In this document: piece after piece, positions 46,264-49,604 of the stretch | Layout: each line of letters starts with the position of its first letter | Numbering within the stretch: the first letter of the stretch is position 1 | Assembly: GCA_024278215.1 (NCBI GenBank) | Contig: JAJRTR010000202.1 | Location: 1 to 49,604, forward strand | Source: a bacterium | Lineage (GTDB): Bacteria > UBP15 > UBA6099 > JAJRTR01 | DNA length: 49,604 nt | Direction of reading: 5' to 3' | The notes under the pieces: model-generated | Seen by the model: the letters and a program-made list of their open reading frames with translations, nothing else | What the model was told of the DNA's origin: nothing | The model's database searches: none | Made by a program: the position numbers and the translations under genes

Positions 46264-46314
46264 GGTTGACGCCTGCCTTATCGAGCTTGTTTTATTGCTT
46301 TTCCTTCCTTACGC

Positions 46315-46596
46315 TTAACGAACTCTTGATTTCTTATCCGAACCCGCATGGCCCCTGAATGTTCTTGTCGGTGCAAATTCACCGAGTTTGTGGCCGACCA
46401 TATTTTCAGTGATGTACACAGGCATGTGTTTTCTGCCGTTGTGCACGGCTATGGTCAGACCGACCATCTCCGGAACCACCATTGACGCACGGGACCATGT
46501 TTTGATCATTCCGCCGCTCTTGTGCTTCTGGGCGGCCTTGACCTTTTTCATCAATTTCTCGTCCACGTAAGGACCTTTTTTTAATGACCTTGGCAC
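46315..46596 (-). CDS. rpsS: 30S ribosomal protein S19
   Basis: [26 protein letters not shown]. Confidence 0.98.
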   Translation of the reverse strand: MPRSLKKGPYVDEKLMKKVKAAQKHKSGGMIKTWSRASMVVPEMVGLTIAVHNGRKHMPVYITENMVGHKLGEFAPTRTFRGHAGSDKKSRVR

Positions 46597-46630
46597 TACG
46601 TTGCTCCTATAGTGTATTTATGCGCAATAA

Positions 46631-47479
46631 TTAACGTCTGCGTTTCTTGTGTCGCGATGTTACGATCGCCTTGTTGCTCTTGCTCTTCTTGCGCCGCCTG
46701 CCGCCTTTTGCGGGTACTCCCCATGGGGATACAGGATGCCGACCTGCTGTTTTATTCCTGCCCTCGCCGCCGCCGTGGGGGTGGTCGCACGGGTTCATGA
46801 CCGTGCCGCGCACTGTGGGGCGTATGCCGAGCCAGCGTTTCCTGCCGGCCTTGCCGATTGAAATGTGGCTGTGATCTTCATTTCCCACCTGGCCGATTGT
46901 GGCACGGCACTTGATGCTTATCAGCCGCACTTCGCCCGAGGGCAGTCTGACATGGGCCATTTTGCCTTCTTTGGCCATTATCTGCGCGTACATTCCGGCC
47001 GACCTGGCGAGCTTACCGCCACCGCCCGGCCTCATCTCCACATTGTGGATATATGTACCCAGCGGTATTTCCGACAGTGGGAGCGCGTTGCCTTCCGCGA
47101 TGTCTATCTCCGCGCCTTCTCCGGCAGACATTATCCTGTCTCCGACCTTCATGTTCTTTGTCGCGATTATGTAACTCTTTATTCCGTTCTCATAGTGAAT
47201 CAGCGCTATGCGGCTCGAGCGGTTCGGATCGTATTCTATCGCTGCAACTTTTCCTTCGACACCGTCGCGAACTCTCTTGAAATCGACGTCTCGCAGGCGT
47301 CTCTTGTGCCCGCCGCCCCTGTGCCTCACGGTGAGTTTTCCGGTGTTATTGCGGCCACCGTTTCTTTTCTTTATCCTGGTCAGAGATTTTTCCGGCTTGT
47401 CCTTGGTAATATCATCGTTGGACAGCGCGATATAAAATCTACGGCCCGGGGTTGTCGGTTTATGTTTTTTTACGCCCAT
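46631..47479 (-). CDS. rplB: 50S ribosomal protein L2
   Basis: [27 protein letters not shown]. Confidence 0.98.
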   Translation of the reverse strand: MGVKKHKPTTPGRRFYIALSNDDITKDKPEKSLTRIKKRNGGRNNTGKLTVRHRGGGHKRRLRDVDFKRVRDGVEGKVAAIEYDPNRSSRIALIHYENGIKSYIIATKNMKVGDRIMSAGEGAEIDIAEGNALPLSEIPLGTYIHNVEMRPGGGGKLARSAGMYAQIMAKEGKMAHVRLPSGEVRLISIKCRATIGQVGNEDHSHISIGKAGRKRWLGIRPTVRGTVMNPCDHPHGGGEGRNKTAGRHPVSPWGVPAKGGRRRKKSKSNKAIVTSRHKKRRR

Positions 47480-47492
47480 CTCGCAACCTCTC

Positions 47493-47786
47493 TTACATGC
47501 CTTCGAAGAAGCCCTGTATCTTCTGGTCTTTGTTTATCGTAACTATTGCCTTTTTCCATTTCGGGGTGAAGCCCGAGTAACGGCCCATGCTTTTTCTCTT
47601 ACCACGCTTGTTCACTATGTTGACTTTCTCGACTTTCACCTCGAACAGTTCCTGTATCGCTTTCTGCACATCCGTCTTTGTAGCGTTGCGCGCGACTTTA
47701 AAGTAATACTTGCTGGACTGCAAGTCATGGTGACTCTTTTCAGAAATCACCGGCGCGATGATTATATCTCTCGGATCGACTTTCAT
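47493..47786 (-). CDS. rplW: 50S ribosomal protein L23
   Basis: PVISEKS, ATK..V..A...LF.VKV.KVN, WKKAIV. Confidence 0.97.
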   Translation of the reverse strand: MKVDPRDIIIAPVISEKSHHDLQSSKYYFKVARNATKTDVQKAIQELFEVKVEKVNIVNKRGKRKSMGRYSGFTPKWKKAIVTINKDQKIQGFFEGM

Positions 47787-47802
47787 ATCTCAACATCCTC
47801 AA

Positions 47803-48381
47803 TCAGTTTGACAGGTTGTACTGCTCTGCTATGGCGGGCGTTGTCACCAGCCAGTCCGTGCGGAGCAATGCCTGCATATTTATCTTGTCCGCGTGCACCA
47901 TTATTACGTTCGGCAGATTCCTGGCGGATTTTATCGCATTCTCCAGTGCTTCGTCGCTGTTGTATATGAAAAGAACTTTTCCCTCGATGTTCTTTTCCTC
48001 GAGGAAGCTCCTGAACTGCTTTGTGGAAGGCGCTTCGAAAACAAAGCTGTCGATCAGGACTCTTTCCGTGTCCTTCTTCCATTCGATAATAGTTGCCATG
48101 GCCTTGCGGCGCACCTTCTTATTGATCTTGCGGTGGTGGTTCCTCAGTGATGTACCCACCGCGCGACCGCCTCCGCGCCACTGGACCGCTCTGATGCTGC
48201 CCTGCCTGGCGCGACCGGTGCCCTTCTGCCTCCACGGTTTCGCTCCGCCGCCTCTGACCTCGCCGCGTGTCTTCGCTTTCGCCGTGTCGCGCCTCATGTT
48301 TGCGCGCTCTATCCTGAGGCTCTCTGCTATCAGCTTCTGCTCTCTGTCTCTTATCATTTTGTTTTCAGCCATTTTTGTCAC
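47803..48381 (-). CDS. rplD: 50S ribosomal protein L4 (N-terminally short)
   Basis: KTRGEVRGGGAKPWRQKGTGRARQGSIR, KSARNLP. Start GTG 48381 or ATG 48372. Confidence 0.96.
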   Translation of the reverse strand: MTKMAENKMIRDREQKLIAESLRIERANMRRDTAKAKTRGEVRGGGAKPWRQKGTGRARQGSIRAVQWRGGGRAVGTSLRNHHRKINKKVRRKAMATIIEWKKDTERVLIDSFVFEAPSTKQFRSFLEEKNIEGKVLFIYNSDEALENAIKSARNLPNVIMVHADKINMQALLRTDWLVTTPAIAEQYNLSN

Positions 48382-48410
48382 AGCCGTCCTGTATCATGTG
48401 CTTCCGGCAA

Positions 48411-49133
48411 TTACATGTTTTCCAGAATTACCAGCGAATTCGGTTTGCCGGGTATGGAACCCCTGAGCGCTATAACGAACTTTGTCGCGCCGCCCTTTTC
48501 CCTGCTCTTTTCTTTCTTTTCCACCTGCTCGCCTTCAGCAGCTTTTTCCGGTATTTCGACAGGTTTGGGCGCGTCGAGAGCTTTTATCCGTACGATCCGG
48601 CAGCTCTTCTGGGTCACCTGCACATTGCCCATGTGCCCCGGAGACTTTTTGCCCTTGAAGATGCGTGCGGCATCCGTTGCGCCGGCGCTCATAGGGCGCC
48701 TGTGCACTCTCTTTGCGCCGTGGCTCGCCGGCCCTCCGTGGAAACCGTGTCTCTTCATGGCTCCCGCGAATCCTTTGCCTGAACTTGTCCCCGTCACTTT
48801 CACCAGGGCGGATTCCTTGAACACGTCTTCCGCGGTGATTTCCGTGCCTACTTCCAGGTCCGGTGTTCCATCCATAAGGAATTCCCTGAGCACTTTGAAT
48901 CCGCCGTCTTTGCAGGCTTTCCTGAAGTGCCCTTTCATGGGCTTGTTGAGCTTGTCGGCCTTTACAGGCTGGAAGCCCAGCTGGACGCTGTTGTAGCCGT
49001 CGCCGCCATCGCCGGATTTTATCTGCACTACCGTGCAGGGCCCGACCTCGAGCAACGTGACAGGAATATTGTAGCCTTCCTTGTCGAATATCCGGGTCAT
49101 ACCCAGTTTTCTGCCAATTAGTCCTTTAACCAT
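48411..49133 (-). CDS. rplC: 50S ribosomal protein L3 with charged insertion
   Basis: GRKLGMT, PVT, GKGFAG.MKRHGF, PGHMG, GSIPG. Confidence 0.97.
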   Translation of the reverse strand: MVKGLIGRKLGMTRIFDKEGYNIPVTLLEVGPCTVVQIKSGDGGDGYNSVQLGFQPVKADKLNKPMKGHFRKACKDGGFKVLREFLMDGTPDLEVGTEITAEDVFKESALVKVTGTSSGKGFAGAMKRHGFHGGPASHGAKRVHRRPMSAGATDAARIFKGKKSPGHMGNVQVTQKSCRIVRIKALDAPKPVEIPEKAAEGEQVEKKEKSREKGGATKFVIALRGSIPGKPNSLVILENM

Positions 49134-49138
49134 GACCC

Positions 49139-49447
49139 TTACCTTTTAATCTCGATATCCACACCGGATGGTAGCTCCAACTGCTTGAGCGCTTCGATGG
49201 TGGCAGGTGTGGGGCTGTCTATGTCTATCAGCCTTTTATGCGTGCGCATCTCGAAATGTTCTCTGGATTTTTTGTCCACATGAGGCGACTTGAGAACACA
49301 GTATTTCTGAATATCCACAGGCAGCGGTATCGGCCCCATGGCCAACGCGCCCGTGCTGTTCACTGTGTCTACAATCTTCTCCGCGGCCGCATCCAGAATG
49401 GTGTGGTCGAATGATTTAAGTTTTATCCTGAGTTTCAGCTTCGCCAT
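49139..49447 (-). CDS. rpsJ: 30S ribosomal protein S10
   Basis: [37 protein letters not shown]. Confidence 0.98.
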   Translation of the reverse strand: MAKLKLRIKLKSFDHTILDAAAEKIVDTVNSTGALAMGPIPLPVDIQKYCVLKSPHVDKKSREHFEMRTHKRLIDIDSPTPATIEALKQLELPSGVDIEIKR

Positions 49448-49458
49448 AATGTCTTCTC

Positions 49459-49604
49459 TCAGTCAACGATCTTTGTGATGACGCCGGCGCCGACTGTTCT
49501 GCCGCCCTCTCGGATAGCGAACCGCAGTCCCTCTTCCATCGCTATCGGCATTATCAGATCCACTTTCATTTCTATTTCGTCTCCCGGCATTACCATTTCC
49601 ACTC
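49459..49604 (-). CDS. tuf: Elongation factor Tu, 3' end (partial)
   Basis: Manual translation VEMVMPGD...[29 protein letters not shown]. Confidence 0.97.
   Translation of the reverse strand, partial: VEMVMPGDEIEMKVDLIMPIAMEEGLRFAIREGGRTVGAGVITKIVD

Overview
Bacterial chromosomal DNA, possibly a whole contig, since it starts inside a dispersed repeat and ends inside tuf. The protein sequences are divergent and I cannot name the lineage. Right third (33.6-49.6 kb, minus strand): the S10-spc-alpha ribosomal superoperon from tuf/rpsJ to rplQ, followed by truA, a TPR protein and recO. The superoperon lacks rpmD (L30), has long low-complexity additions in S17, S5, L3, S3 and L5, and has an in-frame TAG in rpsM. 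Left two-thirds: envelope and surface genes, namely a sigma54-preceded ~1470-aa Cys-rich FN3 protein ending in a dockerin, a short paralogue of its N-terminus, a GH57-like hydrolase, a pilMN-fusion/pilO/pilP-like operon, aspS, htpX, a GYF_2 membrane protein, a Cache sensor with no output domain, a CCA/HD enzyme, a FlgM-like gene with a consensus sigma28 promoter, and a 1899-aa CsgG/FlgT-like + FN3 protein. The most intriguing non-coding signal is a structured leader-like element present three times (1-193, 1112-1264, 19429-19619). Its stems vary by G-C/G-U exchange, and both copies whose downstream gene is visible lie in sense orientation ahead of exported proteins. No CRISPR array, rRNA, tRNA or intact transposase was seen. 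All family assignments are by-eye motif recognition, not database results.
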